A stretch of 64,000 bases of DNA, taken from assembly GCF_006345805.1 (NCBI RefSeq), contig NC_043008.1:68138001-68202000 (forward strand). The letters are read 5' to 3'. The DNA is from Octopus sinensis (taxonomy: Eukaryota). This document shows, one piece after another, positions 37,933 to 49,829 of the stretch; the first letter of the stretch is position 1, and each line of letters starts with the position of its first letter. The translations under genes and the position numbers were made by a program. Under the pieces are notes generated by a model. That model had not been told where the DNA came from and made no database searches. It worked only from the letters and a program-made list of their open reading frames with translations.

Positions 37933-39020
37933 GTGTAGACCTAAATTTATAGTGGCTGAATAAAATGAGAGATTGTCCTATCTCGAATCCCTAGAACATT
38001 GACTTGGAGGCTAATCAACAACAACAACAACAATCTCATCAAAAAAAGATTATTTTTTCCTACATATTCACTCTCATAACAAATTTCTGTGAATTCCAAC
38101 ATTCATTTACAAAAATGGTTTATCACATGTGAAAAAATAATTTGTATGATGTCTTTTGAACAATTTTAATTCAGTATCAGTGTTTTCTTGTATTTTAATT
38201 CTCTTTATGTTTTTGGATTATTTTTTTTTAAGAGACAGAAAATCAAAAATGTGTTATTTTCTTAGCTGCCATATTTATTTTAGAGCATTATCATTTTTTT
38301 TTAAATCTAAAAATATTACCACCATAATTGCTCTTTTCAACTTAACTAATTGTAGAATACAGCAATTCTGACCGAAGAGGAAAACATTTCCAAATTTTCT
38401 ACAATATCTGCTGGAACTATATGTGTGTGTATATATATATATATATAAAAATTCACACACACATACACTTAATGCCTTACTTATTTTTGGACAAAAAATA
38501 GAAGTATTTTTGTTATAGAACCACCAAACATTCCAATCAGGACATATTTCCTGAATTTCAGTTGTACATTTACTAAAAAAGAAATTGTGAAACAAAATTT
38601 CCATTCTCCTTTGAGTTCAGAACATCATTTAGTGGCACAGTTTTTAGAGATTCATGGTATTGAATGGATGTTTGATAATTTCCCCTCTGTATATGAATTA
38701 TCTAAACCAGTAAATAACATTCCCTGGAAATTGAGGTCATGTGAAATAAAGTGCCTTGCCCCAAAAACTCAATGAAACACTTGCTGTAGATTTGAACTCA
38801 TGACCTACAAAATGGTTGTCCAATACCTAATAAATTCCTGTAACTTTTGTGTATTTTTTAAAATTTCTCTTGATCAAAAGACCAATATGTAAATTGATTT
38901 TTCTCTATGATTATGATCAATATATAATGATGTCTCATTACAGCTATGTATCCTGACTTATTTATGTTTTATACACACACACATACACAGATATATATAT
39001 ATATATATACACACACACAT

Positions 39021-39055
<35 letters not shown>

Positions 39056-39464
39056 AACACACACATCCATATATATATATATATACTTTATTTAAAGCAG
39101 CAGAAAATCCAACAAAACCTGTTACTCTGAGTTTCCCGTTGCCGTTCATCGGACAGTTTTTGCTAGAATGGAACCGATATGTCAATTCTATTCAGACTAT
39201 TACAAACGCTACACCTTTAAAAAAAATATATATATATATATATATCTAAAGTTAATCCAAACATGAAAACACAAAGAGAAAACACAACAACGCAAGGATG
39301 TGGAACAAGTATAGTGTTTTTGGACGCTCAGGAAAGGAAAGGAAGAAGGAGGATTTAACGTTTCGAGTGGAGCTCTTCATCAGAAACATAGGAAAAGGAA
39401 AGATCCAAGGAAGGGAAGACAGAGGGAAAAAATCGCCAATGGTACACACACGGTCACATTTTGA

Positions 39465-39503
<39 letters not shown>

Positions 39504-39527
39504 TAGATATAGATATATATATGTATG

Positions 39528-39597
<70 letters not shown>

Positions 39598-39990
39598 CCT
39601 GCAGGCACATGTATGACCATGTGGTAAGAAGCTTCCTTCTCGACCACATGGTTCCAGTTTCAGTACCACTGCATAGCACCTTGGGCAAGTGTCTTCTACT
39701 ATAGCCGTGGCCCAACCAAAGCCATGTGAGTGGATTTGGTAGACGGAAGTTGAGAGAAGCCTGTTGTATATGTATATATTTATGTGTATCTGTGTTTGTC
39801 CCCACCACCATTGCTTGACAAACGATGTTGGTGTGTTTACGTCCCCATTTCTTAGCAGTTCAGCAAAGGAGACTGATAGAATAAGCACTAGGCTTACAAA
39901 GAATAAGTCCTGGGATCAACTTTTTCAACTAAAATACTCTTTACGGTGGTAGTCCCATATGACCACAACCAAATGATTGAAACAAATAAA
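39598..39990 (+). mobile_element. SINE family I copy
   Basis: Colinear with the other family I copies. Confidence 0.8.
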
Positions 39991-39993
39991 AGA

Positions 39994-40025
<32 letters not shown>

Positions 40026-40041
40026 CTGTCCTTTACTCAGC

Positions 40042-40099
<58 letters not shown>

Positions 40100-40544
40100 G
40101 AACACTCACACACACACACATGTACATATTTATATGTATATATATACATGCGTGTGTATGTATGTTCATTTTATGTCTGTTTTTCCATGCTGACATGGTT
40201 GTGGGTTAGCGAATACAAGTATATTATTGAAGAAAATCCAGATGCCCTTCCTGTCACTAACTCTCACCTATCTTTTAAGCTAAAGCACCTCATATTTCAC
40301 ATTTCTTTGAAGGTGTAAAGTCAGTGAATGATCAGCTGGTAAGAGAAATGACAACAATATCACACTTGCACCTTTGTGATTTTGTTGAAGTGCAAATGTA
40401 AACAAACACATGGACACATGCATGTGCACTGACACGAATACACACATATACACAGTCTCCAGCCACTAAATACGCTGAAAAAGTTTTGGTTGGCCTAGGG
40501 TTATATAAAATGTGTGTGCATAATATCTAGTGTATGTATATTAC

Positions 40545-40885
40545 TCTTTTATTCTTTTACTTGTTTCAGTCATTTGACTGCGGCCATGCTGGAGCACCGC
40601 TTTTAATCGAGCAACTCGAACCCGGGACTTATTCTTTTGTAAGCCCAGTACTTATTCTATCAATCTCTTTTGCCGAACCGCTAAGTAACAGGGACATAAA
40701 CACACCAGCATCGGTTGTCAAGCAATGCTAGGGGGACAAACGCAGACACACAAACACACACACACATATATACGACAGGCTTCTTTCAGTTTCCATCTAC
40801 CAAATCTACTCACACGGTATTGGTCGGCCCGGGGCTATAGCAGAAGATGCCATGCAGTGGGACTGAACCCGGAACCATGTGGTTG
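40545..40885 (-). mobile_element. SINE family I copy
   Basis: Reverse complement of family I, with an internal deletion. Confidence 0.8.
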
Positions 40886-43800
40886 GTTAGCAAGCTATTT
40901 TACTTGTTTCTGTCATTATCTTTTACTTGTTTCAAGGTAGTGATGGGGCACCACCTTCAAGAATTTGTAGCCTAATGAATTGACCCTAGTCCTTTTTTTT
41001 TTTAATTGTGTGCAACAAAATGAGACCAATAGAATAAGTATTCCAAGATTTAAAATAATATCTGGAGTCAATTTTGTTCAACAAAATTAGTCATGACCAG
41101 TATGACCGCAGTCCTGTGAATGAAACAAGTAAGTAAATAAAGTTAAATTGGAGTTAAAGGATTGATGTATTGATTGCTGTTGACAAAAAAAAAATTCTCA
41201 ATTGTTTGAACTTTTCTCTTATTGAAAGAAAGAAAACAAAGGCCTAGAGGTATTTTTAGCAATGTTCATTGAAAAAGAGGAGATAATATTTTGCAAACTT
41301 CAAACACTGTTCCCTGTAGGATGTGCATTTATGTGTGGACACATCTTTCAACTAGTAAATTGGACATTTTAATTGAAGAAATTTGAGTGATAGTTTATCT
41401 CATGGATGCGCACATTGCATATTTTTGCATGTTAGGAAGGGCATCCAGCTGAAGAAAACATGTCAAAACAGACAAATGGTGCCTGGGTAGCCCTCCAGCT
41501 GGTCAATTCTTATCAAACTGTCCAACCCATACCAGCTTGGAGAATTGATATTAAAAGATGATGATGACACTGACAACAAAAAAATTAGAACATTGCTCTC
41601 AAAAATAATTTGCTTGATTTGTAGAAAATGTGATCTTTATTTACTATGGACATGTTCCTACTTTTTAGACCTTATTAACACTGTAGAGTCTACTTAGGTC
41701 ATTTTGATTCCTTGCCATAACTTTTGCACATAGAAAAAGAGTTACAAATAGTTTGCATGATTGAAAGTATAAGGAATCATTCGGTTGTGAGATCCCTTTA
41801 GTCCTCTCACTGAGAATTTATGAACCTTTCTAGTGATGGTGCCATCAGAAAATGAATGCAGAATATCCTATAAAGTGGCTGGCAATAGAAAAGACATCCA
41901 GCTTTAGAAGGCAAGTTAAAATGACATATTAACACCAGTCTATGAGAGCAGTGGCTTCCAGTAACTTGGACCGTGGATGATCCATCAACCTATTCTGGCA
42001 TGGAATGCAAATATAAGATGATGATGAACTAAAAGAAATGGACTGTAACTAAAAATTATTTGTAACCCTCTTTAAGATGTAAAAATTTTTGTCAACTGAT
42101 ACGGTAGGCAATTTAATGCTGATGAGATCTAAATAGACAGAAACATGTCTATAATTTGTTCCTTGTCCACAAACAAAAATAAGATTTTCCTTTCCTTGCC
42201 ACGTAAATTAACTTTGAGAGATTAATTCTTAATTGCCTACAATTTTCTCCTCTTTTTTGTTTGAGATTCACAAACAATTGCCATTGGGGTTTTGTTTTCT
42301 TTCTCCTACTAAAAGGTATATTTCAATTCAGATTTTTAGGGATACAGCATTCTATACATCAACCTGCTAACTTCTTGAATAGAGTACTTCTTGTACCTTG
42401 TTGGTGAAGTGTAATAGACTAAAAATATGCCCATAGTTATCCCTCTTGCATGCTCAAACTTTTTTCTGGGCATGTAAATTAACTTTGAAAAATTATTCTC
42501 AATTTCTTGAAATTTTTTTCCCTGTTCTTTGAGAGTCACAAGTAGAGTTTGATGCCTTATTCAGAGCTACAACTCCAGGTTGTAGTTGAGGTCGGAATTC
42601 ATGACCATATTATTGGTAGTTGACCAGCATTCTAATTCCGTTCAGAGAGACAAACTGGAGCTACACTAGAGCAGTAGGTGTCTTGTTTACAGCCACAAAA
42701 CAATTTTCCTCTGCTCATGTGTTAAGTCCATAGTGATAAGATTTGAATTTAACATAAGAAATTCTGGAGACAGTATAAATTGGCAATATGAAAAATATAC
42801 TTCAAAGTTGAGAAGCCAGTGAAGATTCCTTCAGCCAATAAACACTTCTAGAATTTTCTTCCAGTTTTTCTAACAGGAATTCTCTGTTCAGTCTTACATT
42901 TTTTCTAAAACTAAATTTATTTTTTTTAATTTTAAAATTTCACTTATATCAAAATAAAGTTTTATATATTTTAAATGCATGAATTAGTCGGAAGGTAGCA
43001 AAGTGGTAGAATTATTAGCACATTGGACAGAATCCTTAGAGCTATTTCATCTCTCTTTACATTCTGAGTTCAAATCTCACTAAGATCAATTTTGCTTTCA
43101 TCCTCTCAGGATCAATAAAATAAATACCAGCCACACACTAGTGTTGATATAATTTTCTAGCTCCCGCCTCTAAAATTTCAGGTGTTGTGCCTATAGTAAA
43201 AAGAACATTAATTAATTAGTTGGATAGTGTGCCTCCTGGCATTTGTTCTGATTCTTTATGCTCTGAAGTCAACTTTACCTTTCATCTTTAAAGATTTGAT
43301 AAACCTGTACCAATGAAGCAGGATGGATTGGTTGGACTATAAAAATGCTGAACCAGATTCCTTGTATTTGTTCCAGCCCTTTGCATTCCGAGTCAAAATC
43401 TTGCTGTGCTCTACTTGGCTGGTCAAATTTAATCCATCACCACCAATATTTTTATTGTTTTCCAGCTCCACACAGTTATACAGAGAAAGGGTTTAGCAGT
43501 CTCATATCATAAGGATTATCATTCTACGAGCAAATTTAGATGTGTTTGACACAATCATTAATACAAGCTAAATTTTAGTCAAATTCCTAGATATAATACT
43601 ATGTTTAAATACAAGGGATCAATGCATAAACTATCAATCAATATACATATCCAAAAATTTAATCTGGTCACCCCAGCAATATGATCGAATCATGCAACTG
43701 GAATAATTAGAAGAGTCTTCGGTGTTTCATAACAAATGTTCACAGTGAGTGGAACAGCAAGAATCCTGTTCTACTCTGGCCCCTTCTTTCATACTTTCAC

Positions 43801-44634
43801 CCTTCATTGTCTAGCATAAAACTTCCCCTTTAGAGGTCATAGTTATGAAAGCTGCATGGTGACCTCACTAGTGCTCATGGCACAGAAAAAGCATCCAGCC
43901 ATAGATACCATGCTAAAGCAGACACTGAGCATGATGCAGCCCTTGGGCCCATTGGATCCTGTCAAACCACCTAACTTATGCCAGCGTGGAACATAGATAG
44001 ATGGTGCTAATAATGATGATGACTTGGTGCCTTGGGTATCTTTAGTGCAAACTACTCTGTTAAAAATTTTCAAACCAGGTCTCTAGTTTGTCAGTACATT
44101 CTTGTCTCTCACACACATCTATCTCGGAGTCCCTGTGAAAGTTTTGGCCTCTACCTTCTCTTCTGATTAAAAGATAAAATAGAAATGAGTTCTATTTTAA
44201 AGTAATTTTGAAGTTATGACCTCTAGAAAAAAAAAAATCAGCGTGTGTGGGATAAACAAAACATTCCTTTTATGAAGTTAGATTTTTTCAACAGCTATAA
44301 TGTAACCAAGGTCAAACTGGTGAGGTCAGATTGCGTACAACTTGTAACAGTTATTTACTATTATTACTGTGTAATACATTGTTCTGTACAATAAATTTTA
44401 CTCTGTCGGAGTGTCAAATTAAACAGGTGGATAGAAATGCCAATGAGTTATTTGGGATGTTATAAATGTGTCAAGATATTTTTATGTCAAATTAGGTTTC
44501 CTTATAATATCCTTTGATTCGTAAAGTAATAAAAATAAAATTATTGTAATATTGTAAAGTTTAAGGCAAGCAAGAAATGTTAGCATACTAGGTGAAACAC
44601 TTAGTGGTATTTCGTCTGTCTTCACGTTCTGAGC

Positions 44635-45840
44635 AGGCTGACCAACCTCTGGTGAAATTCTTTAGACTCAGGTTATATACCAAAACGGCTCCTATCCCAG
44701 TTTTCAAACAGGGAAACAGATCCCTCACAGTCAACTGTCGCCCAATCTCACTCACCTCTCAAATCTTAAAAGTGTTTGAAAGAGTGGTAAGATCAAGGAT
44801 AGCTGCCTTCCTGGAGATCCACAAACTCCTAAATGCAAATCAGCATAGCTTTCACTGTGGCAGGGACTGTCCAACACAGCTCTTACACCTCATTGAGGAT
44901 ATACTAAAAGCCTTGGGAACAGGTTCGAACTCCGATGCCATATATCTTGACTTCAGTAAAGCATTCGACAGAGTTGACTATAATATCTTATTCTCAGAAC
45001 TAGCAAATGTTGGAATCTGTGGAAAACATCTACACTGGATTGAGTAGTTCCTGGTGAATAGAACACATGTTGTGGTCGATGGAGTCCACTCAAGCCCTGC
45101 AAAAGTCACCAGTGGTGTCCCTCAGGAAACTGTCTTGGGCCCACTCCTCTTTGTAATCTATATAAACGACCTTTCCAACATCGCAAAACACTGCAAAGTG
45201 AAAATATTTTATGACACTATGCTCCAGAAAATTATCGATGAAGAAGACCAAACTTAACTCGTCTGATCTATATGTGGTGTGTCAATGGGCGTACAAAAAC
45301 AAAATGCAACTAAACGAGGGAAAATATGAGCTGATCCATTTTGGAAGAAAGACTATACTAAAACAGCCATACATTCTTCCTTCTGGGGAGCCGCTCACAG
45401 CATCTGATAATATCAGAGACCTAGGAGTAATTGTTGTGATCTTGATTACTGGGACCACCTTAAAGCCTTAAAACTCCTCTCTCCAGCGTCACCACGAGCA
45501 GTACATCATTTGCATGATATGGAGAATATACCACCAGAATTGCCCAAACGACCTGAACATTAACTTCAAGGTTCATCCCTTGCCCAATTCAGGATCACAA
45601 CATATAGGTACACTGCGACACAATTTGTCCCGAAGCTGATCTAAGAGGAAAAGGATCTCATCACCTTTAAACGGAGCCTGGACATCACCTTTAAATGGAG
45701 TCTGGAGTGAGTTGTATCCATACCTGGATACAACTCGCTACTTGAATGGACCATAACACAAAACTTGACTTAAAAAGGATTTAGATAATCCTATCAGGTG
45801 GCGCTATTATGTCAGACATGGCCTGGACCAATCTTTGGTC
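44635..45840 (+). mobile_element. Decayed CR1/L2-superfamily LINE (RT and 3' end)
   Basis: PVFKQG..RPISLTS, NQHSF, YLDFSKAFDRV, GVPQETVLGPLLFVIYINDL; YADD lost; internal deletions. Confidence 0.85.
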
Positions 45841-45857
45841 AAAACATATCTAAGTTT

Positions 45858-46042
45858 ATATATATATTAAATTAGAGTTAAAACCACTATTAGGCAAATC
45901 AAACAGTGAAAATCATAAACCAATACATAGAATTAATTAATTAATAAAATTTATTTATTAATTAATTAATTCTATGTATTGGTTTATGATTTTCAGTTTG
46001 ATTTGCCTAATAGTGGTTTTATCTCTAATTTAATATATATAT
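45858..46042. repeat. Foldback palindrome, about 90-bp arms, flanked by (TA)n
   Basis: aaaaccactattaggcaaatcaaac...catagaattaattaattaataaa / tttattaattaattaattctatg...gtttgatttgcctaatagtggtttt. Confidence 0.85.
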
Positions 46043-46149
46043 TATATTTATACTATAAAATTAGATTTAATCCTAAATCTAATTTTTCCCTGTAAGTTTG
46101 GATTTACTCCCTAATATTATTATTATATATAAATATATATATCTTTTAT

Positions 46150-46705
46150 CTTTAACTTGTTTCAGTCAGACTGTGGCCATGCTGGGGCACCACTTTGAAG
46201 AAATTTTAGGTGAATGAATCAACCCCAGTACCTTTCTTTTTTATAAGCCTAGTACTTATTCTATCACTCTTGCCAAACTGGTAAGTTATGAGGAAATAAA
46301 CACACAAACACCAGCTGTTAAGTGATGGTAGAGGACAAAAACAGATGCAAAGACACACACACATACACAGATATATAAATATACATGTATTGGCGTTAGG
46401 AAGGGCATCCAGCCGTAGAAACACTGCCAGATCTGACTGGGCCTGACGAAGCCTTCCAGCTTCACAGACCCCAGTTGACCCGTCCAACCCATGCTAGCAT
46501 GGAAAACGGACGCTAAACGATGATGATGATGATGATGTATATAGTGGCTTTCTTTCAGTTTCCATCTACCAAATCCACTCACAAGGCTTTGGTTAGCCTG
46601 CAGCTATAGTAGAAGACACTTGCCCAAGATGCCACACTGTGGGACTAAACCCAGAACAATGTGGTTGGGAAGCTCACTCCTTACTACAGAGCCACATCTG
46701 CACAA
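46150..46705 (-). mobile_element. SINE family I copy interrupted by a family III insertion (46388-46535)
   Basis: The two halves of family I flank a (GAT)n-tailed element at the internal TA tract. Confidence 0.75.
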
Positions 46706-47042
46706 ATAATTTTATATATATATATATATAGTTCAAATTTACAGAAAACAAAAGACAACAGGTAAGGGAACAACTAGCAAGTGTATTAGTTTGATGCTCG
46801 AGAAGAACGGAGATGTTTTATATATTCTTTTACTTGTTTCAGTCATTTGACTGCAGCCATGCTGGAGTACTGCCTTAAAGGGTTTTAATCAAAGAAATCG
46901 ACCCTGGGACTTATTCTTTGTAAGCCTAGTACTTATACTATCAGACTCTTTTGCCAAACTGCTAATTTACAGACATAAACACACCAGCATTCGTTGTCAA
47001 GCAATGGCAGAGGAACAAATACACACACATATATATATAATA

Positions 47043-47366
47043 CTAGCAGTATAGCCTGGCTTTGCTCGGGATTAAGTTAGGATTATTAAGCTAATCAAGA
47101 TCTTTATTTCAAAGCAAACTAAGTAACATCGATGTCAAATTTGAGTGAAATCCGTTGAAATTGGTAAACTTTTGGCTGCAATTTTGCAGACAATTTGACT
47201 GGGAAATCCCATAAGGAATCGGTTTTTTCCACTCAATTGGTTTTTTTCATGTAACCCCACTTTGCCCATGGGTTGAGAACCCTTCCAGCAAGGAAAATAG
47301 AACGCCCAAAAGGGCTCATGATCCTCTGTGAGAAGCGGTTATGTTCAGGTCACAACTAAGTATAGA
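47043..47366 (-). mobile_element. Non-autonomous Helitron
   Basis: The - strand reads A|TCTATACTTAG ... cccgagcaaagccagg..CTAG|T, i.e. TC/CTAG termini at an AT site with a subterminal GC hairpin. Confidence 0.6.
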
Positions 47367-47544
47367 TATATGGGAAACACACACCTATTGCATACATGTT
47401 TTTGCATGCCTTTGCCCCTGCCACTGTCCCACCACCACCTCCTACCCGAGTAATACCATCAATCAAAGCAAATTTGGCACCCAGAGGTAAGTTTTGTAAC
47501 AGGAATAGAGAAACCTACCTTCTCCCGCAGAAATGTGAAAGTCC

Positions 47545-47760
47545 TCTCTCCTTTTGAAAACGTGAACAGTTTCGAAATATTGTTTACAAAATAATAGCGA
47601 AGGAGTGTGTCTACAGTCAACACGTAGGTCTTTTGCTCTGGTAATCTCTGCTCTCTCCCATGTTCACACACAACCAGCTATATATCGCTATGAGTAGAGC
47701 AACAGATTCAGCTAATTTGGAAATTAGTTGTCATGAAACAGTGAATATCATTTATATTGT
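47545..47760 (+). pseudogene. Helitron (PIF1-like) helicase C-terminal fragment
   Basis: KREQF...HVGLLL then PMFTHNQLYIAMSRATD..NLEI..TVNIIY, matching the FxHGQLYVALSR..NIVY motif; stops and frameshifts. Confidence 0.7.
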
Positions 47761-48999
47761 GTGTATATATATATATACGGGCAACACACACACACACCCA
47801 TTGCATACATGTTTTGTACGCATACATGCTCATGTGTATGTGACTGAAGCCATTCACACATACATAACAACACCTGTCTGTTTTTGCCAGTAAAAAGACG
47901 AAATTTTTAAAATCTGTTATCTCTCTCTTTACGCAGTCGCTAGGAGGGGACTTAACTCATGTTTGCTTTGTAAATAATGGTGGATTTCTCCGCCGTAAAT
48001 ATTTAGAAATTATGGCTCAAAATTATTTACCGCTATTCGCAGGTGCCTCAGGGGAAAATAATTTAGCGAAAATACAGCTAGGGTCGTGACGAATGTCCTC
48101 CTAAAATTTGAGCGACATGCGTGCTAATTTGTGGATGTGCATAAACTACTATCATGTACACACACACATCCTGCCTTATATATATACCTTCACTTTTTTC
48201 ATTCACTTGACTGTAGCCATGCTGAAGCACTGCTTTTAGATAAAAATATATGTTGGGAAGGACATCCAGCTGAAGAAACCATGCCACAACAATTGGAGTC
48301 TGGACAGCTCCCTGCAAGCCAGCCGTGTCAAACCATCCAAGCTGTGCCGGCATGGAAGGCAGATATTAAACGCTGATGATATATATATAAATGTTCCAAA
48401 CCTGTCCTTGCTTGTGCTGGTGGCATGTAAATAGCACTCAGCAGGATTTTTGGTGTTAGGGAAGGCATCCAGCTGTAAAAACCGTGTCAAAACAAACACT
48501 GAAATATGGTGCCGGCTTCTGCCTGATCAACTCGTCAAACTACTTAACCAATGCTTGCATGGAAGAACATTAAATGATGATATACATATAACTATATATA
48601 TATATATATACTTTATAATTAGGGTTCAGCAAAGATTTGCTTTACCACAAACCAAAGTTTAGAAATAGCAGCCAAAAAACCTTAGCTATTTCTTCTACTT
48701 TAAAAAGGGACTCCCAATATCAGATATTGATTGATTTTCGTTATTTTTCCTCTCTGCCTGTGTGGATTGTTTTGAAATATTTTGGTTTTTCTGAACCCTA
48801 ATTATAAAGTATTACTTAAGTTTATCGTGAAATGGTCCTTTTTCATGCCGAATTCTACTTGGTGAAATTATTGATTACTTCTTAATTTTACCCTTTGTTA
48901 TTATATATATATATATAATGCAAAATATATGGATTTAACCCAGTGGTAATCTCAAAAAAAGCTCCTTAAGTGGACCCGGCTACAAACCACGTAGTAAAT

Positions 49000-49400
49000 C
49001 AATACATCTTTTATTTGTTCAGTCATTAGACTGCATGTATTCTGGGGCACTACCTCAAAGAATTTTAGTCAAACTTATCAACCCCAGAATTTACTATCTT
49101 TTTTTTTTCTTTTATAAAGCTTGTCACTTATTCTATAGGGGTCTTTTGCTGAACTAAGTTACAGGTACTTATACACACCAACACTGGTTGTCAAGAAGAG
49201 GCGGGGGACAAATACATACAAACAGATATATATATATACACGTAACAGGCTTCTTTCAGTTTCTGCCAACAAAATCCACTCACATGGCTTTGGTCAGCCC
49301 AAGGCTATAGTAGAAGACACCCACTCAAGGTGCCATGCAGTGGGACTGAACCTGGAGCCATGTGGTTGGGAAGCGAATTTCTTACTGCACAGCCACGTCT
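49000..49400 (-). mobile_element. SINE family I copy
   Basis: Reverse complement of family I, diverged. Confidence 0.75.
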
Positions 49401-49431
49401 ACACCCATATAATATATATACTTGCACACAT

Positions 49432-49464
<33 letters not shown>

Positions 49465-49604
49465 CACACGTCTATAACCAGAGCATATTCTATGGAACCG
49501 CAGAAGGATGAAAAGCAAAGTTATAATTCACAAGATTTATACTTGGGTGAATACTTCTAAACATTTCATCTTGTGTTCTACCAATTGTGATCCACCATCT
49601 AAAG

Positions 49605-49829
49605 CAGTGGTTCTCAACCAGAGTCCATGTAAGATTTTGTCAAAATTTGTGAAATAATTTGGTTATATGCCTACAATACACAAAATATTTTCACTTTTTA
49701 AATACAATTTCTAATGAGATTTAATTATAAATAGGATTGTTTTTATATACATCAAATGGCTATAGAGGTCCAGTAGAGTAAAATAGAAATCAAAAAAGGT
49801 TCATGGGTAAGAATGGTTGAGAACCATTG
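49605..49829. mobile_element. hAT (Charlie-like) MITE with 8-bp TSD
   Basis: CAGTGGTTCTCAACC / GGTTGAGAACCATTG; flanks ATCTAAAG and ATCAAAAG (7/8 match). Confidence 0.8.

Noticed and set aside
42336-42900. Possible hAT transposase remnant
   Set aside because: Only a vague resemblance (LKEQ.KKFQEIEN) and no diagnostic motif.
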